DNA of 63,941 bases, filler included, from Rhabdomonas costata (GCA_019059605.1; 51 parts of 51 records of this genome joined end to end with filler, not necessarily neighbours in it); one strand, 5' to 3'; positions 13,515 to 26,484 are shown, numbered from the whole stretch's first letter. Notes: generated from the sequence alone by a model not told the origin. Numbers and translations are program-made.

Positions 13515-13809
13515 CTGCAGACATCAGCATGAAAGCACCACGATTTCACTTATTGGTATAAATCGCCGTATTTCCGTAAAAAAAAAATGTGGCGAAGAAA
13601 TCGAAGAAAAGATGGGCGACACTTCGAGACTTTTTTGAAAGACACCACCCTCCTGATATCCTCATCGGGTCTCTAGGTGGTACGTAGCATGGGTGCGTAG
13701 CGACCATGCNNNNNNNNNNNNNNNNNNNNNNNNNNNNNNNNNNNNNNNNNNNNTTAATTAATTAANNNNNNNNNNNNNNNNNNNNNNNNNNNNNNNNNNN
13801 NNNNNNNNN

Positions 13810-14460
13810 TTTTGTTGGTTTGTGCTGTGTTGGTTCTGGTGGGGGTGTGGTGTTTTTGTCTTTGCTCTTGGGGTGTGCGGTGATTGGTTTAGTGGGTCTG
13901 TAGCGTTGTTGGTGATCGTAGTTCTAGCGGCGTGTGTTCTTCTTACCTCTTGCTTCCACGGATGGTCTCTGGGTTCGGGGTTCAGGTTCGGGGTTTGGAC
14001 TTCTGTGTTCGAGGTTGGGTTTTTGTGTTCGCTTCTCTGGGTTTGCTTTCTGTGTCTGGGGTTTGGGTCTTGTGTTTGGACGTTGCGGGTTTCTCGGTGC
14101 CTTGGTTCGTGGGTGTGGTGTAGGGACAGATCTATGCGTGGGGTTGGAGTAGGGTTCCTGCGGCGGTTGGGGTGTAGTGATTCGGGTGGGTTCTGCAGTG
14201 TCTTGGGTTGTTGCAAGCTTTCTGTCTCCGTGAACTCTAGTTCCAGGTTCATGTCTCGTGTTCTCTTTCTGGGTTCTGTGTCACGCCTTCGTTGTTATCT
14301 TGGTCTCCTTGGCTACAATTGTTCCTGCTTCTTTGTCGGTTTGTGCTGTGTTGGTTCTGGTGGGGGTGTGGTGTTTTTGTCTTTGCTCTTGGGGTGTGCG
14401 GTGATTGGTTTCGGCCCTTCGGTTGCCTTGTTGTTTTGGGATGACGCGCAAGCGTAGAGT
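13810..14460. repeat. G/T-skewed repetitive region with an ~80-bp near-identical direct repeat (13810-13890, 14331-14411)
   Basis: Seen directly; 521-bp period; A is strongly depleted. Confidence 0.8.
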
Positions 14461-15066
14461 GGGTGGGTTGTCGGTCTTCGGTCCTATTGCCTTCGTTGTG
14501 TTACTGGTCTCATTCGGAATCGTTCTATGCTGGTACTGGGGACGAGAGCTGTGCTTTGGAGTCTTCGTGCAGTCCCGTACATTGAGTGGACTCCTTAACA
14601 CAAGCCTTTTTAGAGTAGGTCTTTTCTTCTACCACCACCGACCTTGTCCTGGATCCGGGGACCCTTATCTAGCTATCTTCACATCTCAGCTTAGTGGTAG
14701 TGCCGTATTGCGTCCTACGCTTTTTCTGGAGATCTGGTGCTCTGCATCAGAGGTCTTCGAGTTCCCTTGTTTGGGTGTTCCCCTTCGTTCGTTCTTCATT
14801 CTCGTTCACTGTTCGTTCTCTCTGCGTGGACACCCACTCTAGAGAAAGTTTGAAAAGAGAAAAGATCAGAAAATCATCAATGCAGACCGCCGGGTGGCGG
14901 GTGGGGCTCGAGGCAGGATACCCGCGCGGTTGTACTCAGCGGCCAGGGCGTCGCGGAACAAAAAAANNNNNNNNNNNNNNNNNNNNNNNNNNNNNNNNNN
15001 NNNNNNNNNNTTAATTAATTAANNNNNNNNNNNNNNNNNNNNNNNNNNNNNNNNNNNNNNNNNNNN

Positions 15067-16223
15067 GTGTGGTGGTGTTGGGTGTACTTCTCCGTCATCT
15101 CAGTCGTCTTCTCCACCTGCGCACAAAGCTCCTTTTCGGCACTGGCTCGCTCCCGCTGCGCTTCGTCACGCCGGGCCTCCATCTCCGCACACGCATCCAC
15201 AGTCTGCTGATTCTTATCACGATTGTCCTTCAGGGCTTGCTTTGTACTCTCCAGCTCTACGGCGCCTTGGTCATATCCTTCTTTCAAATCATCGTACATC
15301 TTCTTCATCGCCAGAGTCTTTTCCAACTGAACACTGAGATCATTATCCGCCTTGTGCTTCATGACCACTCCTTGGTCGTAGTCCGCTTTCATGGAATGAT
15401 ACTTTGTTTCCATCTCGCGCAGCTGCTGCTTCCGCTTCTCTTTCTCACCTTGCTCACTCTTCAGCAGATCGTCATAGTCTTGCTTCACATCAAGAGCTTG
15501 CTTCCACTGCCGCTGAACTGCTTCTGCGTTTTCATACCTTTCTTGCAAAGCCACGTCATACATCTCTTTCATCGCCTCGTACTTCCGAGGTGCTTCGGAC
15601 TCGGCACTGTCAATGGTGTCATTTGTGAAAACCGAGGCATGCTCACTGTGGGTCGGGCTGGAGGGGCGGAGGGATGAGCCCCCAGCCCTCTGCTGAAGCC
15701 CTCGCAACGAACCCTCGGTAAAAACCGTACTCAGACCATCAGCTTCCAAAAGTATCTCGCTTTGAAGGTGCTCGCTTCTTGGGGTGACCGGCAAGGAAGG
15801 ACTTCGCGTCACTCCCCTGTTATGCTGCGGAACGGCCCGATGGCGAAGGGTGTGAGCACGAAGGCGAGAAGCGGCTCGATAGCTGTGCTCGCTGGAGCCC
15901 GGGCTGATTTCCCGGCTCCCGTCACTGCGAACGGAGCAGCAATCACTTCGCGACGCAGGGCCGTACGAACCTGCGCACGTCGAAGGCTCATGGCTCGAAG
16001 GTCTCTGCCGATCCTTCTCCTCACATTCCAAGCTCGAGCACGGGGAGGGCCGACTGAGATTCGGGCCATCAGGATTCTGAGCAGGGCTCAAATGGTCATG
16101 GCTTTCCGTTGCTTTCGGATCTTTGTCGGCAAGCGGTGCAGCATCGCATACAGCCTTTTCCGAGATCGCTTCTTCCTTCGCAAGCGTGCCCTCCCCATGA
16201 TCATGCTCACATCCACAACAAAA
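15067..16223 (-). CDS. Large-exon fragment of a Ser-rich plus coiled-coil protein
   Basis: Frame is open across the whole contig; heptad-rich repeats KYEAMKEMYD / KYHSMKADYDQG / MKKMYDDLKEGYDQG. Confidence 0.8.
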
Positions 16224-16346
16224 NNNNNNNNNNNNNNNNNNNNNNNNNNNNNNNNNNNNNNNNNNNNTTAATTAATTAANNNNNNNNNNNNNNNNNNNNN
16301 NNNNNNNNNNNNNNNNNNNNNNNGTTGGGTTGGCTCATGCTGGCAG

Positions 16347-16543
16347 TGTTTGCAGACCCATTGGAGCGTCGGGTGCTCACTAGTTGCACTGACGGTGCTG
16401 TAAAGCTGTGGGACTTGTGTCGAGGCACTGAGCTCATTACTCTGAGACATAGCGATGCGGTGGGCTGCTGTGCGGTCAGCGGAAAGGTGGCTGCGAGCGG
16501 TGACAGGATCGGCACTGTGAGAACATGGCTGCTGCCCCCATGA
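16347..16543 (+). CDS. WD40-repeat protein, terminal exon
   Basis: VLTSCTDGAVKLWDL..LITLRHSDAVGCCAV..AASGDRIGTVRTW-stop. Confidence 0.8.
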
Positions 16544-17579
16544 CGTAATGCTGGCTTCCAGAACGGCTGCTCTCTTTTTTGTCTGGCTGACCCCCCCCCT
16601 CACGCGCACACTGTGGGAGTGCACGCAGATCCGCCTCAGCAAGCCCCCTCCACGTAAGTTCCCTCGCTATCCGCTTCGTCTTCTGCCCCGGTCTCTCATT
16701 GTTTTTTGTTTTCCACGATACGGCTTCGGTTTGTGCACGACCCCTACTCAGATGCCGGTGTGTTTCCCACCCCGATGCTCTTAACCCCTCTCCCGAGTTG
16801 AGGGCTGACGCCGCGGGAGGGGAGGGGAACTCATCCCCCGCACGCTGCGTTTTTTTCGTGGGTGGAGGGGAGCAGGAACCAGGCCGCTCAGAACCGCGCC
16901 CCAAACGCCTAAATGGGAATGGAAGCGATCCGAGCAGGTCAGTGCAAAGCATCGCTTTTGTGCTTTGGAGTGTGACGTCTACGCCGCCCCCCGCAGGGCC
17001 TGGACATATGGGGCCACTAGGGGGGGGGGGGGGAAGAGGTCTGCTCCTGCGCTCTTCCTTTTTGCTGTGCTTTTCTACAGCATACCGCCTCGTGATGTGG
17101 TGCGCCACGCCACAGCCAGCTGGGTACGCCCCGGCCCCCACCCCACTGCCCTTCGTGTTTTCCACACTTTCGGAGAAACTGAAGCAGTTCCCTTCCTTAA
17201 TCAAGAGGGGGGCGGGTCGCGTTCTATTTCACGTGAAAGGACCAGGTTGAGTTCGCCGAGAAGGAAAGCTTGAGGTAAGGGACACGGTGCACACTGGACC
17301 CTCGGCTATCCTACAGGACACCAGCCCCGGCCCCGGTTGCAGCTCCATTTTACCCTACGATTGGCTTTGTGGTTTCTTCTCTGGAAGTACTACCCCCCAC
17401 CCCACCACTCAAAAGCAGTTGCCCCTTCCCGTCTTTCCGTCTCTGCTGCTCATCCCCAACCCCCAGCACCAGTGACGCGNNNNNNNNNNNNNNNNNNNNN
17501 NNNNNNNNNNNNNNNNNNNNNNNTTAATTAATTAANNNNNNNNNNNNNNNNNNNNNNNNNNNNNNNNNNNNNNNNNNNN

Positions 17580-18088
17580 GGTGGTGGTGCTAAGAAGGCT
17601 TCCTGGAGAGCACTCTAAGCCGGTGTTCAGTCCTGAAGAAGAGGTGAAGTGAGACCCTCGTGTTTTTTAAGATGCATGTCACAGGCTGTTGGTAACGCCG
17701 TGCATGGATTTGTTCGCGTCCAAGAGGCACAACCAGTTGCCGAGGTATTTTGCGGCAGAGGAGGTGATGAGGCAGCGCTAGGCTGTAACGCATTCGCGTA
17801 TTAGTGGGGTCCAGATGTTTGCTTGTACGCAAATCCTCCGTGGAGTTTAATCAGTTGGTGCTGATGACGATTTGCAGAGATAAAGCGCGAGTGTTGTTAA
17901 TTAAGCCAAACTGGAAGGACGCACATTTGTTTCCTCTGCTGGAGGAAATTACAGTGCGGAAGTTGTTGAGAGGAGGTAAGCTTTATTTGCCAGAGAAGGG
18001 GGTGCTGAGACCCCCGCCAAGGTGGCCGACATTGTTTTTGTACGTGGTCGGTAAAGAAGTTGAGGGGTGGTGTAACAAGAGGATGTAA
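17580..18088 (+). mobile_element. Degenerate retroelement N6-adenine methyltransferase-like (DIRS MT-type) ORF
   Basis: Across frameshifts and stops: MDLFASKRHNQLPRYF...NAFAY*W..CLYANPPWSLI..VLMTICRDKARVLLIKPNW....FPLLEEI; NPPW at 17832-17843. Confidence 0.85.
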
Positions 18089-18128
18089 ATGGAGCTTGTG
18101 GAAGTTTGGATTGAGAAGTTACGGAGCC

Positions 18129-18578
18129 AGAGAGTGGGGATGTGCAGCAGAAGGATCTTCCAAAACCAGAGTTAAGTGGTAACCCGAGACCAAAACCACG
18201 AGGGAGCAAAAACCACAGCAAGAATTCCAACAGCCCCGACGACTCAATCCAACTCAACCCCTCAACCCAACCACACGCAACTAACCACCGAATGCTACCA
18301 TATTCCACAACCAATCGGGTGTCAGACGGCACGGCGGGCTCGGACCAATTACGTGGCTCTTGCGTCTTCCACGCGTATCCCTCTCGATCCTCTCACCTCC
18401 GTGGTCCCTCCAGACAAAGCTTCGCTTTGTGAGCGCTGTAAACTCACCTAGGTGAGGAGACTTTCTTTTTCCCGGGTTGGCCTCGCTTTCGCCGAGGGCA
18501 GGGTAGAGCCTGGACGCAACAACTCCTCGCAGCTGCCCAAGCCTGTGTACTCTTGGTCGATGAGTCTCGGTTGCAACA
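18129..18578 (+). mobile_element. Putative polypurine tract (18129-18140) and 3' LTR (18141-18578)
   Basis: AGAGAGTGGGGA is followed by TGTGCAGC...GTTGCAACA (TG...CA with imperfect inverted termini); no second copy in the window. Confidence 0.5.
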
Positions 18579-18616
18579 TGCTACTCCGTCACACCCTCTC
18601 GGTCGCTTCTAAAACT

Positions 18617-18726
18617 CCTTCGAAGGGGACTTAACCACCTTCGCTCCACAACCCGTCTTAATTCGCCAAACTCCCCGACCTCGCGCCTTGCCTCACCTCG
18701 AAGGGGACTTGACCGCCTTCGCTTCG
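18617..18726 (+). repeat. Two direct copies of a hairpin motif CGAAGGGGACTTRACCRCCTTCGCT
   Basis: Copies at about 18621-18645 and 18699-18723; CGAAGG/CCTTCG stems. Confidence 0.75.
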
Positions 18727-19282
18727 ACCCAAAACANNNNNNNNNNNNNNNNNNNNNNNNNNNNNNNNNNNNNNNNNNNNTTAATTAATTAANNNNNNNN
18801 NNNNNNNNNNNNNNNNNNNNNNNNNNNNNNNNNNNNTTTGTTGTGTTTTTATTTAATTGGCGTGATTGGGGGAGTGGGGGGGGGGGCTGAATTTCGTAAT
18901 TGGTTATGAATTGCCTGGAACATTCGCCGTCACTCAAATGGGCCACTGCGCTGCAAAGTGTTTACCTTCACCGAATTTGATATAATGGGACACCCAGTCG
19001 GCCAGCCCAAAGACGCATCCCTCCGCTCCCCACCCCTAATCCATTTGGCTCGCCTGTTTTTACCGTTTGTTTGTTATTTTGACTCAGTTTGGATGATTTG
19101 GAAGTGACAGCAACCCTCGATTGCTCTCCCTCCGTTTACTCAGGACCTTTTTTGCTTTCAGACATTTCGTGGGAGGCTTTCAGCCCCCCTTCCCTGCCCT
19201 CCCCACCCCATCCGCCTTCCAGTATTATAGCGTATCCTTCCTTGCTCACAAAGCATCGCACTGCAGGGAAGTGTCCAGAGCG

Positions 19283-19992
19283 ATGAAGGTGGAAGGGCAA
19301 CTGCAGGTTCGTTCTCTGCGCAGCGCAGCGCTGGACCCGCGGCGGGGGTACGCCGTGCTGTGGAGCAGGGGCTCGTCGTGCAAGGGCACCGTGGGCAGCC
19401 TGGTGCGGTGCTCTGAGGGTGTGGTGGAGTTTCCGACCATCCCGTCGGTCTTCACCTGCAACCTCAAAGCTAGTGGCCATGGAATGCCTCCGCGACCGCC
19501 TTCCTTCCTTCCTTTTTTCCTTTTGGGGGGGATGTTGTTGCGCTTCCAAACGTAACTGTGCAGTTTTTGGATTGAGTTCGGTTTTTTCGATGACTCACAG
19601 TCTTTTGGACCCCGTTTCTGTTGCACCAGCAATGGCTGAATGGTGAACAGTTTTCAGCGCCGGGCTGTTTTCAGCATTCTCAGGATTATTTTCAGGGTGG
19701 GAGATTGACATGCCTGGAACGGGCTTGAAATTGGGGAAACCGAAGCATGTTTTGACCCGACAAGGCAGTGTGGATTCATGTACGGGTGTTGGTCCTCTGG
19801 AGCCCTTTTCCCCTTTGTAGGACTGAAGTGGAAGGGAATGACCTTCACCCTGGTCGAGACCGACCGCAGGGGCGCTGTGAGGGGAGCACTGGGCACGCGG
19901 GAGTTCAACCTCAGCGAGCTGGCCGCCCCGCTGGTCCAGTGCACCACCACGGAGTCATCGACGACGCTGGAGCTGGCTGTTGTCCTCAATGT
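19283..19992 (+). CDS. N-terminal C2 (NT-C2, EEIG1/EHBP1-type) domain protein (exons 19283-~19472, 19821-contig end)
   Basis: YAVLWSRGSSCKG...GVVEF...FTCNL / KGMTFTLVE....ALGTREFNLSELA. Confidence 0.75.
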
Positions 19993-22623
19993 NNNNNNNN
20001 NNNNNNNNNNNNNNNNNNNNNNNNNNNNNNNNNNNNTTAATTAATTAANNNNNNNNNNNNNNNNNNNNNNNNNNNNNNNNNNNNNNNNNNNNGGTTTTGT
20101 GTTATATGGCCTGTGTGTTTGTGGTGACTTGAACTGACAAAATGTGACTTAACCACATGACACTCAGGCCCCGTTCCCTTTATTATTGCTGTGCTCTGCG
20201 ATTCTTTTTGAATCCATGGCGAATACGTTAAACGGTAAGTTTATGATAATGCGGTAAATGTTGTTGTGGAAGCACTCTGACGTAATATTGCCTTTTCCTT
20301 GAGCGAAGAAAGCGTGAGCACACGTTAATTTGCTACTCCGCAGAACAATTAAACTCTTCCGCGCTGCGCGCTTCTTTGCTTTCAGAGTTTCCTTGCTCTC
20401 TTGCGTTGGGGGACCTCCTGTGGAGCCTAGACTGCGAGTTCCTGACCTCGCAGCAGCAACTTTCCTTCGCAGAGGGCAGAACCCCCGCGGAAGGTTTTAT
20501 CGAAGGCCTTCTAAAACGTGGGAGCTCCAGTTTGCCTCTTCAGTTACCCTCTTCCAGCATTGTTGTCTTCGTCATTTCTTTTTATCATCCTTGTGTGATG
20601 GCGTTTCTGCTTGTGGTGCTCGCACACGACTGCAATGTCTGCGCACCCACCACTCTTTTAATTGACTGCTTCACGTCTCCGTAGCGAACGGAATGCCACC
20701 GTTCTTTTTGGTGTCAGCGAAAAGGGATCCGTCCTAGCAGTTCTGTGTGAGCAGGTTCTCGTTTCACTACGGCAGCGCCTGTTGTTGGTATTTCTGCGTT
20801 ATCTTTGTCCATAAGCGCAATCCAGTGAACCCACTTTGTGTTGACCTCGACCTTCTTTTTTTTTCAAGGAAACGATGATAGCTCATATATATTCACAAAC
20901 TTCCTGCCACTGTGACCCTACTCTGTCCGCTGGCACTTCAAGGAAGGTACCAATCCAAACTGGCAGCCTGCCTTTCCCACCGAAAGGGGACTGGCACCGG
21001 GATCTGCTCAGAGCGTGATTATTTTTTTTAGCGTTTTCCGTGTGTGTCCTACATGGCGATGTGTGTTCTGTTGACATACGACAGCTGCGGTGTGTGTGCC
21101 TTCCTTCCTTGGTCATCTTGACGGCGATGCGTACAGTGGCGCCTGTGGGAAACTCTTGGGTTCTGCTTTGTGTAATGGCAACTCCTGGATTGTCGTTGCA
21201 GGGACGACTGTAACCAGTATATGAAGCAATAGAAAATGGGTTCAGCGGNNNNNNNNNNNNNNNNNNNNNNNNNNNNNNNNNNNNNNNNNNNNTTAATTAA
21301 TTAANNNNNNNNNNNNNNNNNNNNNNNNNNNNNNNNNNNNNNNNNNNNTTTTCAAGCACGTGGGCACAAAGACGGAAAATCGAAAAACACTGAAAGCTCA
21401 GCAGGACCCGGAGTGAGACTTAAGACTCAGACTTCAGATGCTTGCGATTAGTGAAGTGCAAAAGTTGAATCCCCACAAAACCCGGCAATGTCAACACTGA
21501 AAGAGGCACTTCCGGCTTTTTGCTGCTTTGTCACGCTTGTGGCGTTAGATTCGGCCACGCCTATCTCCATCCATGTGTGCCTCAACAATGAGGAGAAGGC
21601 TACACGCGACCAATCTCCGACCCCTTCAGATCAAATTTCATATCCGTGGTGCGCTGAACACTTTTTTCATTTCATAAAACCTCTCTGTCTATAAATTTTC
21701 CTCGTTCTCTGAATGTTTTTGTTTTACGTTGGGAATCACACACACGAACACGCAAACCCCAGAATCAACCATAAAAATTCTACTTCAACGTAATGTGTTG
21801 TCTTACCCTGTCCACTATCCAGGCATTATCACCTCAGACAAAATTGGAGATCATGGTCATGCATAACCACCAAGCAGACAAGCGTGTAGGGTACAGCAGC
21901 AGCAGCCTTTGACAGTCACCACATCACTTCATAAACTCCCCGAATAAAGGAAGGAGAAAAGTGAAGAAGAAGGGTACCCCCTCCCCACCCCCTCTCATCA
22001 CACTTCACCCACAACCTTTCCTTCTGACTTTCGCTGAGTGAGTAAATGGGCATGAAAAAGCAAAGAACGATGAAAACGAAAACCACACCTCCATGAGCCT
22101 TCGTAATGGAACCCCACGTGTAATGTACCCAACTCTTCTGATCGTCCTCTCAAGCTGAGGAAGTCTGTATTACAGGCAACGAGCAGCTGCAACCCCAACC
22201 CCACACCGCACGGCAAGCAACATGGCAAAAAACATGAAACCACGGCAAGGTCAAGCGGATGAGCCAGCGAAAAAAAGTGCAAATCATACAAATAGGGCAG
22301 AATTGTCCATCCGATCGTCTGCATCCCTCAGAGCTTGCGCAAGTGGCGCGACCGACACTCAGAGGTTCGCATGATTTCGCAAATGGATGTCACTGACATG
22401 GGTAGGACATTGCCTTGTGGAAAAGTATCGGGGGGTTTAGGAAAACCTACCAACCTCCTTAACACCAGAAGCTGCTAGCAAACATAGCGAATTCACCACA
22501 CCCNNNNNNNNNNNNNNNNNNNNNNNNNNNNNNNNNNNNNNNNNNNNTTAATTAATTAANNNNNNNNNNNNNNNNNNNNNNNNNNNNNNNNNNNNNNNNN
22601 NNNGGGGGTGGGGGGGGTGGCAG

Positions 22624-23413
22624 ATTTTTGTCTCCTCGGACACCCACACGTTCTGCACGGGGCTGTCCCAGCCCGGGATGGAGACTCACCGAGAGGTCGC
22701 CAGCATGGAGCCCTCTTACAACCCCTTCCTGGCTTACTACCAGTCCAAGCTCGCAGGGGTCTGCGCGGCGATGGTGCTGGCAAAACAGTGGGTATGCGTA
22801 ACTGCATGCGGACGGCTGATCTCGCTCCCGTGGCTCTGCTCTGTTTGAGCCCGGTGGCCATGGGAGAACAGCCATGTACGGACATGCTTGTGTGAGGTGC
22901 TTTGGAGCCTCACTGCCCAGCAGCAGCAGCCCGCGAACCTTGGTTGGAGGGTGTGAGCACAGAGGGTAGTACACGGCGCGCGCCCCGCACCCTGAGGGGG
23001 GAATATGTTGAATAGCAAAACACCATCCGAGGGCAAGGGCAGGGCTAAGCTGCTCGGCTCTCCTCCCACACTCGATGCAGAGTTAAACCGCATTTTTCTT
23101 GCGGGGGGGGGCGCATCCAACAAGTGCGCAAAACCCTGTAATCACCTAATACGCGAATTCTTTGACCTTCTTGTCCCCCCTCCCCGCAGTCGCCTTTGCG
23201 TGTGGGTCTACCTTTCCCTCCCATTCCCTCCGCTCACGTGTATGTGGGCAGCCCGACGTGGTGGTGGCCGCCGTGCACCCCGGAGCGGTGCACACAACCA
23301 TCGCGGCGAAGACCCTGCCGTGGTACATCGGCGCCCTGGAGAAGCTGGGCACCAGCAAGCTGCTCCAGAAGACGGTCCCTGAGGGCGCGTCGTACGTCAC
23401 CCGGATCGCCGTG
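22624..23413 (+). CDS. Short-chain dehydrogenase/reductase (RDH/WWOX-like), exons 22624-22791 and 23252-23413
   Basis: IFVSSDTH...AYYQSKLA (YxxxK) | VAAVHPGAVHT...KTVPEGA; phase-0 GT-AG intron. Confidence 0.88.
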
Positions 23414-24569
23414 GTGTGTGCGTGTTCCCATTGGCTCCCCCTGTACACGCCATGCCATGGGTTACGAGAGGCCCTTGCACAAAAAGGGAGGCACAGAGCA
23501 GACAGACAAGAGGAAGCCATGTCAGCTGTCCTCATCGAATTTTTCCCATGATGGTGCGAAGCTCGGGGGGAAGGGGGGGAACCGACTCTTTCTTGGAACA
23601 TGTGTTAAGTAACCCCGTGAGTTTTCGGGGTGTAAGCCCTTAAAAAAGGATCGAAAGACCTCTAAGACCTCTATCTCCTGCGAGTTCAGAAGCGAGTGTT
23701 GGAAGGTCATTGAACAAGAAGAAATTTTTGAGAGAGGGAGAGTCAGGGAACCCACAAAANNNNNNNNNNNNNNNNNNNNNNNNNNNNNNNNNNNNNNNNN
23801 NNNTTAATTAATTAANNNNNNNNNNNNNNNNNNNNNNNNNNNNNNNNNNNNNNNNNNNNGGGTTGGTGTGGGCTGTGAGAGGGCATTCTTCGGAGTTTTG
23901 TGTAGGCTCCCTGAATTTTGGGCGTGAGGTGGGGGATTTCTGGGTGCAAGCGCAGACCTTCTGTCATATTGCACATTGAGCACGGAAGCGTTCAGCACTG
24001 TTTAAATAGTAACAGGTTCTTTGCGCACTTACGAGAAGCGCCGGTGTTCTGAGTTCATATTTGGGAGCATGGCGTCAAGGAAGGGCTGTTGCTGTCTCGA
24101 TCGCTTTCCTTTTCTGAGCGCGAGGGCCCGCACAAGGGTTAACGAAACCTGTGGCCTGCGACGTGGGAAATCTCCCAACCATTGCAGTCAGAGCCCTTCC
24201 CCCAACTTTTCCCCTCAACGTAACCCTCGCTGGTTCTGGACATGCTGATATGCCTTAAATGCCTCGGTGTTTGGGTCTTGCCGCGAGCAAGGGCGGCGGT
24301 GCTACGTGTGATGTTTGGGCATTGGGCATGGTCGTTAGTTTGGCTTGTGTGTGTGTGTGCCGTCAATTGGGTTTTGACCGCACAGAGCTACAACTGTATT
24401 GTAGTGAACAAAGGCATAACCTTTTGAGGCTGTTCCTTCGTTTTTCTGCCTGCCTCACCCAACCGCCCATCCGTCCTCTCCTGCAAAGGTGGGCTTTTGT
24501 TTTTGTTGTGTTGTTTGCGTAGTTGTTTTCTGGTTCACTTGTCCCCCTGTTGGTCCCTCTCCGAAGAAG

Positions 24570-24755
24570 ATGCCCAGCGGACAAGGCGTGGTCGCCATCT
24601 ATGATCCCAACGTGGGCACCTCGATGGTGCTGCAGTCCCAGCACACCGTGCAAGTGCAGCTCGACGACTTCCCCTTCGCGAAGGGGGGCTGCCGAGATGC
24701 CTTCCGGTGCCAAATCCTGGGAGGCAGCATCCCGGGACTGTGCTCCGGGACAATG
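24570..24755 (+). CDS. Alpha-kinase (eEF2K/MHCK family), first exon
   Basis: VQVQLDDFPFAKGGCRDAFRC matches the alpha-kinase subdomain I motif PFxxGxxRxxF. Confidence 0.7.
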
Positions 24756-24810
24756 GTGCAACCTCCGTTTTTTTGTGGGTGGCAGAGATGGGGGCATGTT
24801 CTCTTTCTTG

Positions 24811-25015
24811 TTTTGTCACTCGATGTGCGTGTTTGTTGTCGAAACCTTTGCCTTTGAAGTCCGGTTCACCGCGAAATTTGCGCCAACAACCCCCTCCCGT
24901 GGCATTGCCTTTGTGATGTATTGCCATAAATGCGAAAGGTGTATCGACTTAATGCCCAGCTTTTACCTTGTGCTTGAAGGGTAGCGACAACAAACACGCA
25001 CATCGAGTAACAAAA
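24811..25015. repeat. 31-bp inverted repeat (24811-24841 vs 24985-25015) ending at the contig terminus
   Basis: ttttgtcactcgatgtgcgtgtttgttgtcg / cgacaacaaacacgcacatcgagtaacaaaa. Confidence 0.9.
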
Positions 25016-26484
25016 NNNNNNNNNNNNNNNNNNNNNNNNNNNNNNNNNNNNNNNNNNNNTTAATTAATTAANNNNNNNNNNNNNNNNNNNNNNNNNNNNN
25101 NNNNNNNNNNNNNNNTTTGACTCACCATCTCGAGTGGGTCGGACACCCAAAACCGCGGTTTTCTTGGAATTAAATATCGAGAATCTTCAAACGTTCAAGT
25201 GATGTGACTTGGGCGCAGACTCAGACCACCATATGCTCCAGATGCGTTAAACTTTGAAAGCTCCGCCTCAGTTCCTTCTGCAGACAGAGCGCATGAACAA
25301 ACGTGTGACAATGACAGTGGTCGTGTGACATTAAGTGATCTTGTGTTTGTTGGAAACACGACGAGCTGGGCTGTTGCGGCTGGGACCCTCTGCCTTTGCC
25401 TTTTACCGGTGCTTTGTGCAATAGGGAATAGTGTGGGTGACAAACAATCTACGGGGGCAAAGCCGACGCAGGCCCGGGGTCTTTTCTATTACAGTGGGCC
25501 TTCCGAAAATGCGCAGCCGGTCCTTGCACACTCTCTGGTCTGTAAGTTTGGGGTCCACCGAAACACACTAATAATTCTGTTATACGGCCCGGTTCGCTTA
25601 AAAGTTCCCCGATTTTATCAGATGCTCACCAGCGGGAAGGATGTGTCGCCAAGGGGGAACCTTTCCTCTCTCCCTCTTATCCTCCATGCTTTCAGGTCAG
25701 CATCTGTGACGAAACTCAGGTAATCCTCCCTCCCTCCCTTCTCCAAATGTGAGCTACAGCACCGATAAACGGGCAGATGGTGTTGAGTCTACAGCACGTT
25801 CACGGTTTCCTGGGGGTTCATCTTAGGCTTCCACAATGCACAACGCCGAGGACAAGCTGATTGGGATGCTCGGATTCACACAATGGAAGAAGAGCAGGGT
25901 AACTCTGCATTTATAAAGCGGAGGGATAAGGTCTGTGGTGCGCAATGCAACGCCATTGTTCACACGCACAAGCATTTCACGAGGGAACGGGCACACCGGA
26001 GAAGTACAACAAGAAGAGAAATGAGCATACGAGGCCAAAACAGGCAGCAGATGGAGCGACAAATTGTCTCTCCGCGGAAGCGCATGGCCACACACAACAC
26101 CACAACAAAAGGGAGGGAGAGTGCACAAGGCGCGGGAGCACACAATCAGACTTGCAGTGTGCACAAGGGATCAAGGCTGATGCATGGCGGTGAAGTTGGT
26201 CCTTGTGAAGGAGAACTTTTCAGCATTCTGTACAAAACATGCTGCAAAGTTCTCCTTCACAAGGACCCACANNNNNNNNNNNNNNNNNNNNNNNNNNNNN
26301 NNNNNNNNNNNNNNNTTAATTAATTAANNNNNNNNNNNNNNNNNNNNNNNNNNNNNNNNNNNNNNNNNNNNGGTTTTTGTTGCACATCCTCACATAATTT
26401 CGTGCCGGGCTCGCCAACAACCGGGCGGTTGGTTGGGGGACGGTAGGTCTTTTTTTGGGGGCCCGAGTGTGTCTCTCGGAGCAG

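Noticed and set aside
13758-14457. Long Cys/Val/Gly-rich and Thr/Pro/Asn-rich ORFs (also 37778-38236)
   Set aside because: By-product of A-depleted repeats, which rarely contain stop codons.
15069-15677. 202-aa plus-strand Leu-rich ORF
   Set aside because: Antisense shadow of the minus-strand coiled-coil exon.
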